This document shows positions 8,677 through 19,736 of a DNA stretch of 64,000 bases, piece after piece. The stretch's first letter is position 1. Each line of letters begins with the position of its first letter. Source of the DNA: Abditibacteriaceae bacterium (lineage in GTDB: Bacteria > Armatimonadota > Abditibacteriia > Abditibacteriales > Abditibacteriaceae); contig OZ255721.1 of the NCBI GenBank assembly GCA_965277285.1, positions 1,792,001-1,856,000 on the forward strand. Direction: 5' to 3'. The notes below the pieces were generated by a model that saw only the letters and a list, made by a program, of their open reading frames with translations, did not search any database and had not been told where the DNA came from. Both the position numbers and the translations under genes were made by a program.

Positions 8677-9831
8677 ATGCTTGCCATGACTTATCGAGGA
8701 ACGCATCGCGTCCGCATCGACCATAAACCTATGCCGGAGATTTTGCATCCCGAAGATGCCATCGTGCGCGTCACGCGCGCTTGCATTTGCGGCTCGGATT
8801 TGCATTTGTATAACGGCTCGGTGCCCGACACGCGCGTCGGTTCGACCTTTGGCCACGAAATCACTGGCGTCGTCGAACAAATCGGGCCGGAAGTGCAAAA
8901 CCTCAAAGTCGGCGATCATGTTCTGGTGCCGTTCAATGTCGCGTGTGGCAAATGCGTCTTCTGCCAGCAGGGACTTTTCGGCAACTGCCACGAATCCAAT
9001 CCCGAAGCGACAGCGGTTGGCGGCATTTTCGGCTATTCGCATACGGCGGGCGGCTACGACGGAGGACAGGCCGAATACGTGCGCGTGCCTTACGCCGATG
9101 TCGGCCCAACGGTTATTCCCGCTGGTATGGATCCCGATGATGCCGTGATGCTGACTGACGTGGTACCGACCGGCTATCAAGCGGCGGAAATGGGCGGCAT
9201 TCAAAAGGGCGATACGGTTGTGGTGTTCGGAGCCGGTCCGGTCGGCATCATGGCGGCGCGATGTGCCTGGCTTTTCGGTGCAGGTCGCGTCATTATCATC
9301 GACCAGCTCGATTATCGTCTCGAGTTCGCGCGCAATTACTGCCCTTGCGAAGCCTATAACTTCAAGGAAATCGGCGATCCCGTACTCTTCCTGAAGAAAA
9401 CGACCGATTGGATGGGCGCTGATGTGTGCATTGATGCCGTGGGCGCCGAAGCCAATGGCAGCGTGCTGCAAAACATTTTTATTCGAGGAATGAAGATGGC
9501 GGGCGGCGCGACTCCCGCGCTGCATTGGGCGATCAACTCGGTGAAAAAGGGCGGCATCGTTTCCATCGTCGGCGTTTATGGCTCGATTGGCACCCTTGTC
9601 CCGATTGGCAACGTGTTGAACAAAGGGCTGACAATTCGCGCAAATCAAGCGTCGGTGAAACGTTTGCTGCCGCGCCTGATCAAGCATGTGCAAGACGGCA
9701 CGCTCGACCCCAAAGCGCTGATTACGCATCGCATTCCTTTGGAATATGTGTCGGATGGCTACCGAATTTTCTCGGCCAAACTCGATAACTGCATCAAACC
9801 GGTGCTCTTGCCGCCCTCGTCTCAAAGCTAA
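8677..9831 (+). CDS. Zn-dependent dehydrogenase, formaldehyde dehydrogenase-like (MDR family)
   Basis: ICGSDLHLY, FGHE, CGKCVFC, GGQAEYVRVPYAD and GAGPVG motifs. Confidence 0.9.
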   Translation: MLAMTYRGTHRVRIDHKPMPEILHPEDAIVRVTRACICGSDLHLYNGSVPDTRVGSTFGHEITGVVEQIGPEVQNLKVGDHVLVPFNVACGKCVFCQQGLFGNCHESNPEATAVGGIFGYSHTAGGYDGGQAEYVRVPYADVGPTVIPAGMDPDDAVMLTDVVPTGYQAAEMGGIQKGDTVVVFGAGPVGIMAARCAWLFGAGRVIIIDQLDYRLEFARNYCPCEAYNFKEIGDPVLFLKKTTDWMGADVCIDAVGAEANGSVLQNIFIRGMKMAGGATPALHWAINSVKKGGIVSIVGVYGSIGTLVPIGNVLNKGLTIRANQASVKRLLPRLIKHVQDGTLDPKALITHRIPLEYVSDGYRIFSAKLDNCIKPVLLPPSSQS

Positions 9832-9840
9832 AAAGATTTC

Positions 9841-9954
9841 ACCGCGAAGGACGCGAAGAGCGCGAAGGAAAGAAAAATAGTACGAAATGATGAATACGGA
9901 ATATCGAGTACTCGATTCCTTTTTTTCCTTCGCGCTCTTCGCGTCCTTCGCGGT
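9841..9954. repeat. Intergenic inverted repeat of 9-nt units (CGCGAAGGA type) with the iterated palindrome in its loop
   Basis: accgcgaaggacgcgaagagcgcgaagg / ccttcgcgctcttcgcgtccttcgcggt. Confidence 0.8.
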
Positions 9955-9983
9955 TCAACTGACTTATTTACGAAGGAACTCTC

Positions 9984-10472
9984 ATGGAAAATACAGCGAT
10001 AGACACTTCGCAAATCAAGGGCTGGGGCGTGGACGCCGACCCAAAAAACGACCCGACTTACCCGATGAAGCAGCGCAACAACGGCGAACACGCGGGCTAC
10101 ACTTGGCAGCGTCCAACGCAGCAGTCGGAAACCGTCGAAGTTCTGCATTCAAACGAGCGGCCTAATCTCAGCGCCGTGTTCGGGACATCGGTGCCGCCTG
10201 CGGGACTCAGTGGCATGATCCGTCGCTTTGCTTTTAAATACAGCGAGTCCAGCTACGCGCATTGGCTGCCGCTGATGTTGGCAGATCGCGTGGGCGAAGT
10301 CGAAGGCGTCGTTGCCGATGTCGCGCACGGTCATGTTCCCAACATCTTCGACGAACTGGGCGGCAAAGCGGTATGGAAGCACAACCGCAAAGAATTGGTG
10401 ACGCGCGTTCTCCTTGGCGCAGTTGTCGTTTGGGCTGTCGTCCGCCAATGCAGCGGAAGCCGTAATTCTTAA
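9984..10472 (+). CDS. Hypothetical protein with C-terminal hydrophobic segment
   Basis: AAGGA RBS; co-oriented directly downstream of the dehydrogenase. Confidence 0.7.
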   Translation: MENTAIDTSQIKGWGVDADPKNDPTYPMKQRNNGEHAGYTWQRPTQQSETVEVLHSNERPNLSAVFGTSVPPAGLSGMIRRFAFKYSESSYAHWLPLMLADRVGEVEGVVADVAHGHVPNIFDELGGKAVWKHNRKELVTRVLLGAVVVWAVVRQCSGSRNS

Positions 10473-10563
10473 CGGAAAGATACCAAAACTAACGAATTCA
10501 GCGCGGACTAACCACGAATTTCACTTCGTAAAGTATCAGCATCTTTCATAACGGCTGATGATC

Positions 10564-10595
10564 AAAAGGCTTGAGAATTGTTCTCAAGCCTTTTT
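10564..10595 (+). terminator. Rho-independent terminator, possibly bidirectional
   Basis: AAAA-GGCTTGAGAA-ttg-TTCTCAAGCC-TTTTT. Confidence 0.75.
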
Positions 10596-10679
10596 GCTAT
10601 GCGGCTTTTTACGCAAAACAGTGGAAGGCGCCAATTCGCTATAATCTTTGCATCGAAATCTTCTTAAAAGTGTGACCTT

Positions 10680-13283
10680 GTGAGCAACCAAACTGAACCC
10701 ATCGAACGTTACAACCCTTCAGAAATCGAACCCAAATGGCAGGCGAAGTGGAACGCCGAAAAACTCTACGAAACGAGTACTCGATCTTCCGCTAATAAAC
10801 CCAAGTTTTATTATCTGGATATGTTCCCCTATCCGTCCGGCGATTTGCACGTCGGGCACGTCCGCAACTACGCGATTGGCGATGCCGTGGCGCGCTTCCA
10901 TGTGATGAACGGGCGCGACGTTTTGCACCCGATGGGCTGGGACGCTTTTGGCCTCCCCGCCGAAAATGCGGCGATTAAAAACCAGGTTCATCCCGCCGAG
11001 TGGACGGAACGCTGCATCGAGCGAATGCACGAACAGTTCGGCAAATTGGGCATTTCCTTCGACTGGAACCGCGAAGTCACGACCTGTCGCCCCGATTATT
11101 ACAAGTGGACGCAATGGCTGTTCCTGCAATTCTACAAGCGTGGCTTGGCCGAGCGCCGCAACGCGAACGTCAACTGGTGCCCGAACGACCAAACCGTTTT
11201 AGCCAACGAGCAAGTCAAAGACGGCAAATGCGACCGCTGCGGCGCGGCTGTCGAGCAAAAAGCCTTGACGCAGTGGTTCTTCAAAATCACCGATTACGCG
11301 CAGCGCTTGTTGGACGACTTGGACAAGTTGGAAGATTGGCCGGAGCGCGTCAAGTCGATGCAGCGCAACTGGATTGGCCGCAGCGAAGGCGTCACATTCA
11401 GTTTTCCGTTGAAAGATCGCGCTGACGAAATCGAAGTTTTCACGACGCGCGTCGATACGGTTTTCGGCGTCACGTATATGGTTTTGTCGCCCGATCATGC
11501 GCTGGTCGATGAAATCACCACAATCGAGTACTCGAAAGCCGTCGAAGAATTCAAAGTTCATGTCGCAAAGCAAAAAGAAGAGCGCATCGGCGACCGTTCG
11601 GACGATTTGCCCAAAGAAGGCGTTTTCACCGGCGCTTATTGCATCAACCCGATGACGGGCGAAGATGTGCCGATTTGGTTGGCCAATTACGTCGTTTCTG
11701 ATTATGGTTCTGGCGCGGTTATGGCGGTTCCCGCGCACGACGAACGCGACTTCGAGTTTGCAAAAAAGTATGACTTGCCAATCAAAGCTGTTATTAAGCC
11801 AGCGGCTTGGAACACACCTTTCTATTCCATGGCACGCACGCACAATCCGCATTTGCCTGCTGAAGAATGGACAGACGAAACGCTGAGCGAATATATCGCA
11901 AAAGGCGCGTTCATTGATGCAGGAACAAGTGTCAACTCCGGCGATTTTTCCGACTTGACTTCCGACGAAGCGAAAACCAAAATCGCCGAATACATGGAAG
12001 CCAACGGACTGGGAAAGCGCACCGTCAACTTTCGTTTGCGCAATTGGTGCTTGAGTCGTCAGCGTTATTGGGGTTGCCCGATTCCGATTATTTATTGTGA
12101 AGACGGCACGATTGAAACCGTTCCCGAGGATCAGCTTCCCGTTTTGCTGCCGACCGATGTGCAATTTACCGGCGAAGGCAATCCGCTTTTGACTTCGCCA
12201 ACCTTCAATCGAGTACTCGATTCCAAAGGTTGTCCGGCGCGGCGCGAAACCGACACAATGGACACTTTTGTCGATTCATCGTGGTATTTTCTGCGCTATT
12301 GTTCGCCCGACGCGAGCGATGTTCCATTTCGAGCCGAAGACCTCGCGCGCTGGATGCCAGTCGATCAATATGTCGGCGGCGTCGAGCACGCGACAATGCA
12401 CTTGATTTACGCGCGTTTCTTCACCAAAGTCTTGTTCGATATGGGCTTGTGTCCGGTCGATGAACCGTTTCCGCGCTTGTTCACACAAGGCATGGTGACG
12501 ATGTTCACGGCAGAAAGTGGCAAAGTCGAGAAGATGAGCAAGAACAAGGGCAACGTTGTTTCGCTCGATGACGCGGTGCGAAAGTTTGGCGCTGATGCGA
12601 CGCGCATGGCGACTTTGTATTTGGGGCCGCCAGAACTCGACGCCGAATGGGACAAAGAATCGGACAAAGTTTTCGCCGGGCCTTATCGTTTTCTTGAACG
12701 CGTTTTTCGCCTGACGCAGGCGCGCAGTTTCAACAGCAATTGGAATCGAGTACTCGATTACGCACAATTGCAAGGCGAGAATCGCAAACTCGCGCGAAAA
12801 ACGCATCAAACAATTGCGCGTGTCAGTCACGGCATCGAAAAGTTCTCGATGAATACGGCGATTGCCGCGATGATGGAACACGTCAACGTTCTGTCAGCGT
12901 GGATTGACGCCACGAAAAACAACGCCGAAGACGCGCAAACGCAAGCGGTTTACGGTGAAGCCGTGCAAACCTTGATTACGTTGTTGTCGCCGTTCGCGCC
13001 GCATCTCAGCGACGAACTGTTTTCGCGCTTGGGCTTTGCGCAGTCGGCGTATGAAATGACGTGGCCGCAAGCGAACGAAGAAGTCGCGCGCGAAGACGAA
13101 ATCACAATTCCGGTTCAAATCAATGGAAAATTGCGGGCGCGCGTCGTGGTTCCCGAAGGTAGCGACGAAGCTGTTTTGCGAGAAGCCGCGCTTTCAACCG
13201 AAGAAGTGCGCACACAGTTGGAAGGGCGCGAACCCAAACGCGTCATCGTGGTTCCGGGACGCTTGATCAACATCGTTTTATAA
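10680..13283 (+). CDS. leuS: Leucine--tRNA ligase
   Basis: [13 protein letters not shown] (HIGH motif), [33 protein letters not shown]-terminal [10 protein letters not shown]. Confidence 0.98.
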   Translation: MSNQTEPIERYNPSEIEPKWQAKWNAEKLYETSTRSSANKPKFYYLDMFPYPSGDLHVGHVRNYAIGDAVARFHVMNGRDVLHPMGWDAFGLPAENAAIKNQVHPAEWTERCIERMHEQFGKLGISFDWNREVTTCRPDYYKWTQWLFLQFYKRGLAERRNANVNWCPNDQTVLANEQVKDGKCDRCGAAVEQKALTQWFFKITDYAQRLLDDLDKLEDWPERVKSMQRNWIGRSEGVTFSFPLKDRADEIEVFTTRVDTVFGVTYMVLSPDHALVDEITTIEYSKAVEEFKVHVAKQKEERIGDRSDDLPKEGVFTGAYCINPMTGEDVPIWLANYVVSDYGSGAVMAVPAHDERDFEFAKKYDLPIKAVIKPAAWNTPFYSMARTHNPHLPAEEWTDETLSEYIAKGAFIDAGTSVNSGDFSDLTSDEAKTKIAEYMEANGLGKRTVNFRLRNWCLSRQRYWGCPIPIIYCEDGTIETVPEDQLPVLLPTDVQFTGEGNPLLTSPTFNRVLDSKGCPARRETDTMDTFVDSSWYFLRYCSPDASDVPFRAEDLARWMPVDQYVGGVEHATMHLIYARFFTKVLFDMGLCPVDEPFPRLFTQGMVTMFTAESGKVEKMSKNKGNVVSLDDAVRKFGADATRMATLYLGPPELDAEWDKESDKVFAGPYRFLERVFRLTQARSFNSNWNRVLDYAQLQGENRKLARKTHQTIARVSHGIEKFSMNTAIAAMMEHVNVLSAWIDATKNNAEDAQTQAVYGEAVQTLITLLSPFAPHLSDELFSRLGFAQSAYEMTWPQANEEVAREDEITIPVQINGKLRARVVVPEGSDEAVLREAALSTEEVRTQLEGREPKRVIVVPGRLINIVL

Positions 13284-13316
13284 ATTGGCGCCGCTGCTTT
13301 ATGATGTAATTGAAGG

Positions 13317-14963
13317 GTGTCTTTTTCTCAAATTCCCGATCCCGATAACAGTAACAATTCGATGATGCGAATAACGAAACGTAAACTGGCGCTGGGCTTC
13401 GCGTTTTTGCTGTTGTTGCTGGGCATCAATGCCGCGGTTTCCTATTTCAACACGCAGCGCCTGATTGAGAACAATCGCTGGGTGACGCACACTTATCAGG
13501 TCGTGGCGCAGCTCGACACCGAATTGTCGTTCGCGCAAGATGTCGAAACCGGAGCGCGCGGCTACATCATTACCGGCCAGGAAGAATTTCTGCAGCCTTA
13601 TACAACGGGCGTCAAAGGCCTGCGCGACCATTTGACTGCTTTGTCGACGTTGGTGCGCGACAATCCGCAACAATTGGCGCGCGTTGCGATTTTAGAAAAA
13701 CAATTGGAAACGCGAATGGCGATTGCGCGCCGCAACATCGACGTGCGCCGTGTGCGCGGCGCGCTCGCCGCCGAAAGAGACGTTAGCAACGGCCAAGGCA
13801 AGCGCGCCATGGACGCGATTCGCGCGACCGTCGCCGCCATGAAAAACCGTGAGTTCGCGCTGCTGAAATTGCGCCAGCAGAAAACGGCGAGCAGTGCGAA
13901 CGCCGCTTTGCTATCGATTGTCATTTTCCTGCTCAGCGGCATTTTTTTGATGTCGCTGGTTTATTCGGGTCTGACGCGTGCCGAACTGCGCAAAGCCGAG
14001 TTGAAGCACGCTTACGGGCGATTGCAACAGCTCGAAGCGATGCGCGACAATTTGACATCGATGCTCGTTCATGATTTGCGCACGCCTTTGACGACCTTGC
14101 TTGGTCCACTGGAGATGCTGGAAGGTGGCGGTTTCGGCTCGTTGGATAAAACCCAAAGCGAAATTATCGGTATGAGTACGCGCAGCGGTTATCGCTTGCT
14201 GGGACTCGTCAACGAACTGCTCGACATTTCTAAAATGGAAGCCGGCGAACTGAAAGTGCGGCACGAAACCGTGCAGGCGCGCTTCGTTGTGAATGGCGCA
14301 GTCACTCAGGTTTTGCGCATTGATCAGGCCGATAGCGAGCGCATCGTGCGCCAGGTCGCGGATGATTTGCCGCTGATGCAGGCCGACGAAAATTTGCTGA
14401 TTCGAGTACTCATCAACTTGTTGGGCAACGCGCTCAAGTTCACGCCATCCAACAGCAAAGTCACAGTCGCGGCGCGCGTTGCCCGCACCGACGAAACGCT
14501 GCTTCAAGAAGGTTATCGCAAAGCGCAAGGCGCGGTTTCCAACGTTTCTACATTTGCCAAGGACACATTTGCCAACGGCCAAACGGCCAATCTCAAGAAT
14601 GGTCACGCCAAAACCGCCAGCAGCAAAGCGTTTCTCGGCAAGGAAACGTCGTCCGACGAATCACGCGACCATGCGCCGGTCATTTTATTCTCCGTTATCG
14701 ATCAAGGCACCGGCATCGAGCCAGCAGATCAGCAACGTATTTTTGAAAAGTTTGGGCAAGTCGAGGCGCGCCAGGATGGACAAAAAATGTCGACGGGACT
14801 GGGCTTGACATTTTGCAAACTGGCCGTCGAAGCGCACGGCGGATATATCTGGATTCAAAGCGAAATCGGCCAGGGCAGCACGTTTTTCTTCACCGTTCCG
14901 CTGCGCCCGTGGCTCGCAACGAACGACAACAAAGAAAAAGCGCAGGCCGCTGTCGCACTTTGA
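13317..14963 (+). CDS. CHASE3-domain sensor histidine kinase
   Basis: Two TM segments flanking WVTHT...ETGARGYIITG; HDLRTPL H-box; NLLGNALKF; GLGLTFCK. Start may be ATG 13362. Confidence 0.9.
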   Translation: MSFSQIPDPDNSNNSMMRITKRKLALGFAFLLLLLGINAAVSYFNTQRLIENNRWVTHTYQVVAQLDTELSFAQDVETGARGYIITGQEEFLQPYTTGVKGLRDHLTALSTLVRDNPQQLARVAILEKQLETRMAIARRNIDVRRVRGALAAERDVSNGQGKRAMDAIRATVAAMKNREFALLKLRQQKTASSANAALLSIVIFLLSGIFLMSLVYSGLTRAELRKAELKHAYGRLQQLEAMRDNLTSMLVHDLRTPLTTLLGPLEMLEGGGFGSLDKTQSEIIGMSTRSGYRLLGLVNELLDISKMEAGELKVRHETVQARFVVNGAVTQVLRIDQADSERIVRQVADDLPLMQADENLLIRVLINLLGNALKFTPSNSKVTVAARVARTDETLLQEGYRKAQGAVSNVSTFAKDTFANGQTANLKNGHAKTASSKAFLGKETSSDESRDHAPVILFSVIDQGTGIEPADQQRIFEKFGQVEARQDGQKMSTGLGLTFCKLAVEAHGGYIWIQSEIGQGSTFFFTVPLRPWLATNDNKEKAQAAVAL

Positions 14964-15197
14964 AAAATAGAGCGGCACCTTCAGGCCGTCATCGTAAACC
15001 GTTGCGTGAACAAGAGAGCAGAAAGGAAGAAGTCGGAAACTTGAAATACCAGGACAGTACAGCAACGCCTTTCTTTCGCACCGCGACTGAAACCGCTGGC
15101 TTTGGAAGGAAGCAACTTGTTTGACTATCTTTCGTGATGCGGTTTCGCCGTTTCGAGTACTCGATTGACTTTCGCGTGTCTTTCACACGCGTGTCTT

Positions 15198-16322
15198 TCA
15201 CAAACGATTTTGCACTTTTAGCACAGCGATGTCCAGGCCATCTTTGGAAGCGGCATTGACGTGAGAAGCGTTAGCGCAAATAGAACTTTTGATCTCGTGG
15301 CCATAATCGCAAGCGGTTTCGCGCAGCGCGGCGGAATGTTGCAAGCGCTTGAGGGCGACTTTTTCGATCTGGCGAATGCGCTCGCGCGTGAGATGCACTA
15401 AGGCGCCGACTTCATCCAAAGTGCGCGCATGACCGCCGTCGTCCAAGCCATAACGCAAGCTCAACACTTCGGCTTCGCGCTCGTTCAAGCACTTAAACGC
15501 TTGTCGCAACTCGTCGCGCAATGAAGCGCGCATCGCGCAATCGACGGGCGAAGGTGTGTATTTGTCTTCGACGTAATCGCCCAGCGTCGAATCATCGTCT
15601 TCGCCAAAAGAGATGTCCAGCGACATCGGTTCCGCGATGCGCTCGTTCATTTCCTGTAGCTTTTGCGGCGCGATATGTAAATACATCGCCATTTCGCGCG
15701 AAGTCGGCGCACGATGCAATTCCTGCGTCAGCACAACTCGCGCACGTTCAGTTTTCGATACCGCGTCCAGCACATAAACCGGCAAGCGAATGCTGCGACT
15801 TTGTTCATCGATAGCGCGCAAAATCGCCTGGCGAATCCAATAGCTGGCATACGTCGAAAACTTGTAGCCCTTGCTTCCGTCGAATTTGTGAACCGCGCGA
15901 ATCAAGCCCAAACTGCCTTCCTGCACCAAATCGGCGAGCGACAACAATCCGCCGTTTCCCTTGCGACACTTGCGCGCGATGCTCGCCACTAAACGCAAAT
16001 TGCACTCGATCATTTCCCATTCGGCCTCGTGCTCGCCATTTGCAATGCGTCTGGACAAATCCACTTCGCGCTCCGACGACAACAACGGATACTGATGAAC
16101 GCGTTTCCACCACGACTTGAGCGAATCTTCTTCCACCGCGCTCGCTGCAACATCTTCGGTTTCGCGCGACACACTCGACGGAAAAACCGCGCTGTCCTCG
16201 AGTTGCAAAGTTGCCGTGCGCACGCGCGCGAATGCACGCATTGCAGGATTACGCTCGCCCAAAGGCGGCGGCGCCACTTCCAACGACTCGCAATTCAAAG
16301 GCGTTTTGGAGGTTGTAGTCAT
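15198..16322 (-). CDS. Sigma-70 family RNA polymerase sigma factor (RpoD/RpoS-like, lacking region 1.1)
   Basis: NLRLVASIA, DLVQEGSLGLIRAVHKFD, KFSTYASYWIRQAI, RTLDEVG...TRERIRQIE. Confidence 0.92.
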   Translation of the reverse strand: MTTTSKTPLNCESLEVAPPPLGERNPAMRAFARVRTATLQLEDSAVFPSSVSRETEDVAASAVEEDSLKSWWKRVHQYPLLSSEREVDLSRRIANGEHEAEWEMIECNLRLVASIARKCRKGNGGLLSLADLVQEGSLGLIRAVHKFDGSKGYKFSTYASYWIRQAILRAIDEQSRSIRLPVYVLDAVSKTERARVVLTQELHRAPTSREMAMYLHIAPQKLQEMNERIAEPMSLDISFGEDDDSTLGDYVEDKYTPSPVDCAMRASLRDELRQAFKCLNEREAEVLSLRYGLDDGGHARTLDEVGALVHLTRERIRQIEKVALKRLQHSAALRETACDYGHEIKSSICANASHVNAASKDGLDIAVLKVQNRL

Positions 16323-16391
16323 AAGACTTTGTTGTCAAGAATCCGCTGTTACATTCGCTCAAATCCACACATTCGAGTACTCGAAACACGT

Positions 16392-17153
16392 TTACGAAGC
16401 GACGCGCAACGGGTCTTCAACCCACCACGAACCATCGCGCGCAGTCTCCTTTTTCCATATCGGCACGATTTCCTTGATGCGGTCAATTGCGTAACGACAC
16501 GCCTCAAAACTGTCCGCGCGATGCGGACTGGCCACGCTGATCACGACGCTCGCCTCGCCAATTTCCAAACGTCCCAAACGATGCACAATCGCGCACGGCA
16601 AATTCCAACGCGCCCGCACTTCATCGCTAACCTGTTGCAAAGTGCGCAAAGCCATCGCTTCGTAAGCGTCATAATCCAGGAAATTGACCAGATGACCTTG
16701 CGCATTATCGCGTACAATTCCCTCAAAAGTGAGAACCGCGCCCGCGCCACCGTTTAAGCAATTTTCCGCCGAACGCGCGACTTGCAAGGTATCAATCGCT
16801 TGGCGCGTAATGGCAATGAGCGGCTGCAACGTTTCGCTTGAAGCGCCGGAAATTTGCGAACCACCGGAAACCGGCGGCAAAAATGCGATTTCATCACCAG
16901 CCGAAACCGTGGTTTTGCCATTCGAGTACTCGCAATTGACAGCGACGCGAAGATATGGCAAATACGGCGCGAGAATCGGAAATTGTTCGCCGCAGGCTTG
17001 TAATAACTGGGCGACGGAAGACGGAGAAGAAGCGCGAACTTGAATCGAAGAACTTTGCGCGGCATCTTTCAAAGCAGCAAAAAGCAGAACCGTATAATCA
17101 ACGGAATCCGCGACGGCAGAGTCGGGTTCGGGCGAAGGAAAAGAAGAAAACAT
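16392..17153 (-). CDS. Molybdopterin synthase MoaD-MoaE fusion
   Basis: MoaD part ends GDEIAFLPPVSGG; MoaE part has GAVLTFEGIVR, HRLGRLEIGE and VPIWKKE. Confidence 0.92.
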   Translation of the reverse strand: MFSSFPSPEPDSAVADSVDYTVLLFAALKDAAQSSSIQVRASSPSSVAQLLQACGEQFPILAPYLPYLRVAVNCEYSNGKTTVSAGDEIAFLPPVSGGSQISGASSETLQPLIAITRQAIDTLQVARSAENCLNGGAGAVLTFEGIVRDNAQGHLVNFLDYDAYEAMALRTLQQVSDEVRARWNLPCAIVHRLGRLEIGEASVVISVASPHRADSFEACRYAIDRIKEIVPIWKKETARDGSWWVEDPLRVAS

Positions 17154-17226
17154 GACGAAATCTCGTCAAACACCTTGCAAAACAAAGCGAAAATATGGTA
17201 AAGGCGAACTTCACCAAGTGCGGCGC

Positions 17227-17254
17227 AGTATAGCAATTTTCAAGATAACGTCAA
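17227..17254 (-). promoter_or_regulatory. Probable sigma-70 promoter for moaDE
   Basis: Minus strand reads TTGACG-16 nt-TATACT with a TGn extended -10. Confidence 0.55.
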
Positions 17255-17335
17255 TGTAAAATATGTGACAATCGCAACCGGTAATATCGAGTACTCGATC
17301 AAACTTTGATCATGGCTCAATCGCGTGAGTTGATA

Positions 17336-17424
17336 GAAAGAACCCCGAGCGTCAGCGACGGGTGAAGCGTAAGAGTTTATTCATCTTCTACGTTTCACCC
17401 GTCGCTGACGCTCGGGGTTCTTTC
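17336..17424. repeat. REP doublet (REPIN-like) hairpin, family A
   Basis: Arms gaaagaaccccgagcgtcagcgacgggtgaa / ttcacccgtcgctgacgctcggggttctttc. Confidence 0.85.
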
Positions 17425-17462
17425 TTCCATAGTTCGCTTTATCTCACTACCTGAGCCACTAC

Positions 17463-19736
17463 CTAAACTTTTTTGCGGGATTTCGCACCTTTGGCAGCAA
17501 CACCTTTAGTTTCTGCTTGCTCGTCTTCTGCGGGCTCATCAGCGTCCAGATTTTCGACGAACGCGCGCACTTCTTCGATTTCAGTCGTAATGCGGCAATT
17601 GGGCAACGATTTCAAAAAGGTCTGGCCATAGCGTTTGGTCATCACGCGCGGGTCGAGAATGGCGACGACGCCCCAATCTTCGCGCGTGCGAATCAGCCTT
17701 CCAAAACCCTGGCGAAACATCATCACGGCTTGCGGCACCTGATATTCATTGAACGCGTCGCGGCCTTTTTCCTTCAAGGCTTCCACGCGCGCCTGCACCA
17801 AAGGATCGTCCGGCACGGCGAACGGCAACTTCATCATCACGACGCACGTCAGGGCTTCGCCCGGAACATCGACGCCCTGCCAGAAACTCGAAGTCCCGAC
17901 CAAAACCGAATCGACATCTTTGCGAAACGCGTCCAGCAGTTTGCCGCGCGCGCCTTCGCCTTGTTTGAGTACTCGAATGCGCTTGGGCAGCGCCTGGCGC
18001 AACGCCTCGCAAGCCGCATCGACTGCGCGAAAACTGGTGCAAAGCACGAACGCGCGCCCTTTGGTTTGGGTCACAACTTCCACCGCGCGCTTGATCGCTG
18101 CCGCTTCAAAAACCGCGGCGTTGGAAGGATCGGGCAAATCGCGCGCGACATAAAGCAGCGAATTGGTTTCGTAATCGAAGGGCGAACCCAGCGTCAGAGT
18201 GCGCACCGCTGTCTCGCAGCGTTCTTCGGTCAGGCCCAGGCGTTCGCGTAAAAACTCCCACGAACCGCCCGAAGTTAAAGTTGCTGAAGTCAAGATGACG
18301 GGCGAAATGGGGCCGAACAACGTTTCCTGCATTCCTTCAGCGACATCAATCGGCGCACCGCAAAGTGCAATTCTCGGGACGCGATTGGCGCTTTTGCCGT
18401 CGTTTTGTCGCGGCTGCACGCTCGCCCAATATACGTAATTCGGGCGATTGTGGCCGATCAAATCGCGCGTGTTCTGGCGCATTTCAAAACATCTCGTCGC
18501 AAAACCTTCCAGTTCTTTGGTCAGCGCTTCATCGTTGATGCGTTCGGCGCGCTTTTTCGCGTCGCGCAAAACGCTTTCGATGCGCGACATCGGTTCGTCC
18601 AAAGAGTTCTCAATCACGTTCGGCTGGCGCAGGCGAAGAGTTTGCGTGCGGTTGCCGTCCACATTGAGCGCGAGTTGCAGGTTCTGAAAAAAGCGCCCTG
18701 TGGCTTCGCGCGCTTCATCGCAGGCTTCGACCAAACGTTTATCTAAAGCATCGGCATCGGGGATTTTGCTGTTGCTCAATATCGTGCGCCCGCTGCGCCG
18801 ACTGTGGACGATTTCAATCAATTTTGCCACGCCCAAGTTGACGACTTCGCTGCCCAGATACGAACTGGCGACATCTTCAGCCTGATGCGCTTCATCGATC
18901 ACCAGCGCATCGAACGGCGGCAAAACGCGACCGGCTTCATTGCCTCCAGCGGCCAGATGCGCGAACAGCAAATGATGATTCGACACTAAAATCTGCGCGT
19001 TTTCCTGCTCGCGTCGCGCGCGATAAAAGAACGATTTTTCATACAAAGGACAATTGCGCCCGATGCACAAATCGCTTTCGCGGTTGACCTGCGCCCACAC
19101 ACCCGCGCTCGGCTCAAACGGCAAATCGAGATTGCGTCCGGTTTTGCTCCGTCCCGCGAAATGATTGATTTCTTTCAGTTCATCGACATCGTTCAAGCTG
19201 GCGAACAACCCGCCGACTTCGGCTTTGGCCAGGCGGCGCGGACAAATGTAATTCTGCGTTCCCAGACACAGCGCGAACTTGAACTCGCTGCCCATTTTGC
19301 GCAAAAACAGATCGCGCAAAAACGGCAAATCGCGCTCGACCAATTGTTGCTGCAAGGCTTTGGTGTGCGTCGCAATGAGCACGCGCTTTTTGTTTTCAAT
19401 CGCCCACAAAATCAGCGGCACCAAATACGCGTAACTTTTGCCGGTTCCGGTTCCCGCCTCGACCAGCAAATGCGATTTTTCGGACGCCGCGCGCGCCACG
19501 GCTTCGGCCATTTCGAGTTGTTCGTTGCGCTCTTCAAAGGCGCGGCCTTCGGTCGGCAAAGCGCGCGACAAAAGCCCTTCGTGCCCGAAAATGCGACGCA
19601 AAACATCGTCGTTCGCCGAAGTCGGCAGCGTCGGTTCGGCGTCCTCAGCCAATCGAGTACTCGATGGAGTTTTCGTTTCGTCGGGCGCAGCAGTTTTGGG
19701 CGGCAAAGAGGTCGGAAGAAATTGAACGCGAGGCAC
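17463..19736 (-). CDS. ATP-dependent DNA helicase, DinG/YoaA family
   Basis: EAGTGTGKS, DEAH, FWQGVDVPG, QGFGRLIR and Fe-S cysteines. Confidence 0.93.
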   Translation of the reverse strand: MPRVQFLPTSLPPKTAAPDETKTPSSTRLAEDAEPTLPTSANDDVLRRIFGHEGLLSRALPTEGRAFEERNEQLEMAEAVARAASEKSHLLVEAGTGTGKSYAYLVPLILWAIENKKRVLIATHTKALQQQLVERDLPFLRDLFLRKMGSEFKFALCLGTQNYICPRRLAKAEVGGLFASLNDVDELKEINHFAGRSKTGRNLDLPFEPSAGVWAQVNRESDLCIGRNCPLYEKSFFYRARREQENAQILVSNHHLLFAHLAAGGNEAGRVLPPFDALVIDEAHQAEDVASSYLGSEVVNLGVAKLIEIVHSRRSGRTILSNSKIPDADALDKRLVEACDEAREATGRFFQNLQLALNVDGNRTQTLRLRQPNVIENSLDEPMSRIESVLRDAKKRAERINDEALTKELEGFATRCFEMRQNTRDLIGHNRPNYVYWASVQPRQNDGKSANRVPRIALCGAPIDVAEGMQETLFGPISPVILTSATLTSGGSWEFLRERLGLTEERCETAVRTLTLGSPFDYETNSLLYVARDLPDPSNAAVFEAAAIKRAVEVVTQTKGRAFVLCTSFRAVDAACEALRQALPKRIRVLKQGEGARGKLLDAFRKDVDSVLVGTSSFWQGVDVPGEALTCVVMMKLPFAVPDDPLVQARVEALKEKGRDAFNEYQVPQAVMMFRQGFGRLIRTREDWGVVAILDPRVMTKRYGQTFLKSLPNCRITTEIEEVRAFVENLDADEPAEDEQAETKGVAAKGAKSRKKV

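Noticed and set aside
8656..9825. Long antisense ORF (likewise 11199-12164, 21339-22337, 37675-38892, 61899-63050)
   Set aside because: These mirror well-supported genes on the opposite strand, which is common in GC-rich DNA.
10473..10679. T-box leader upstream of leuS
   Set aside because: No T-box consensus was seen; the hairpin at 10564 fits a terminator of the upstream operon.
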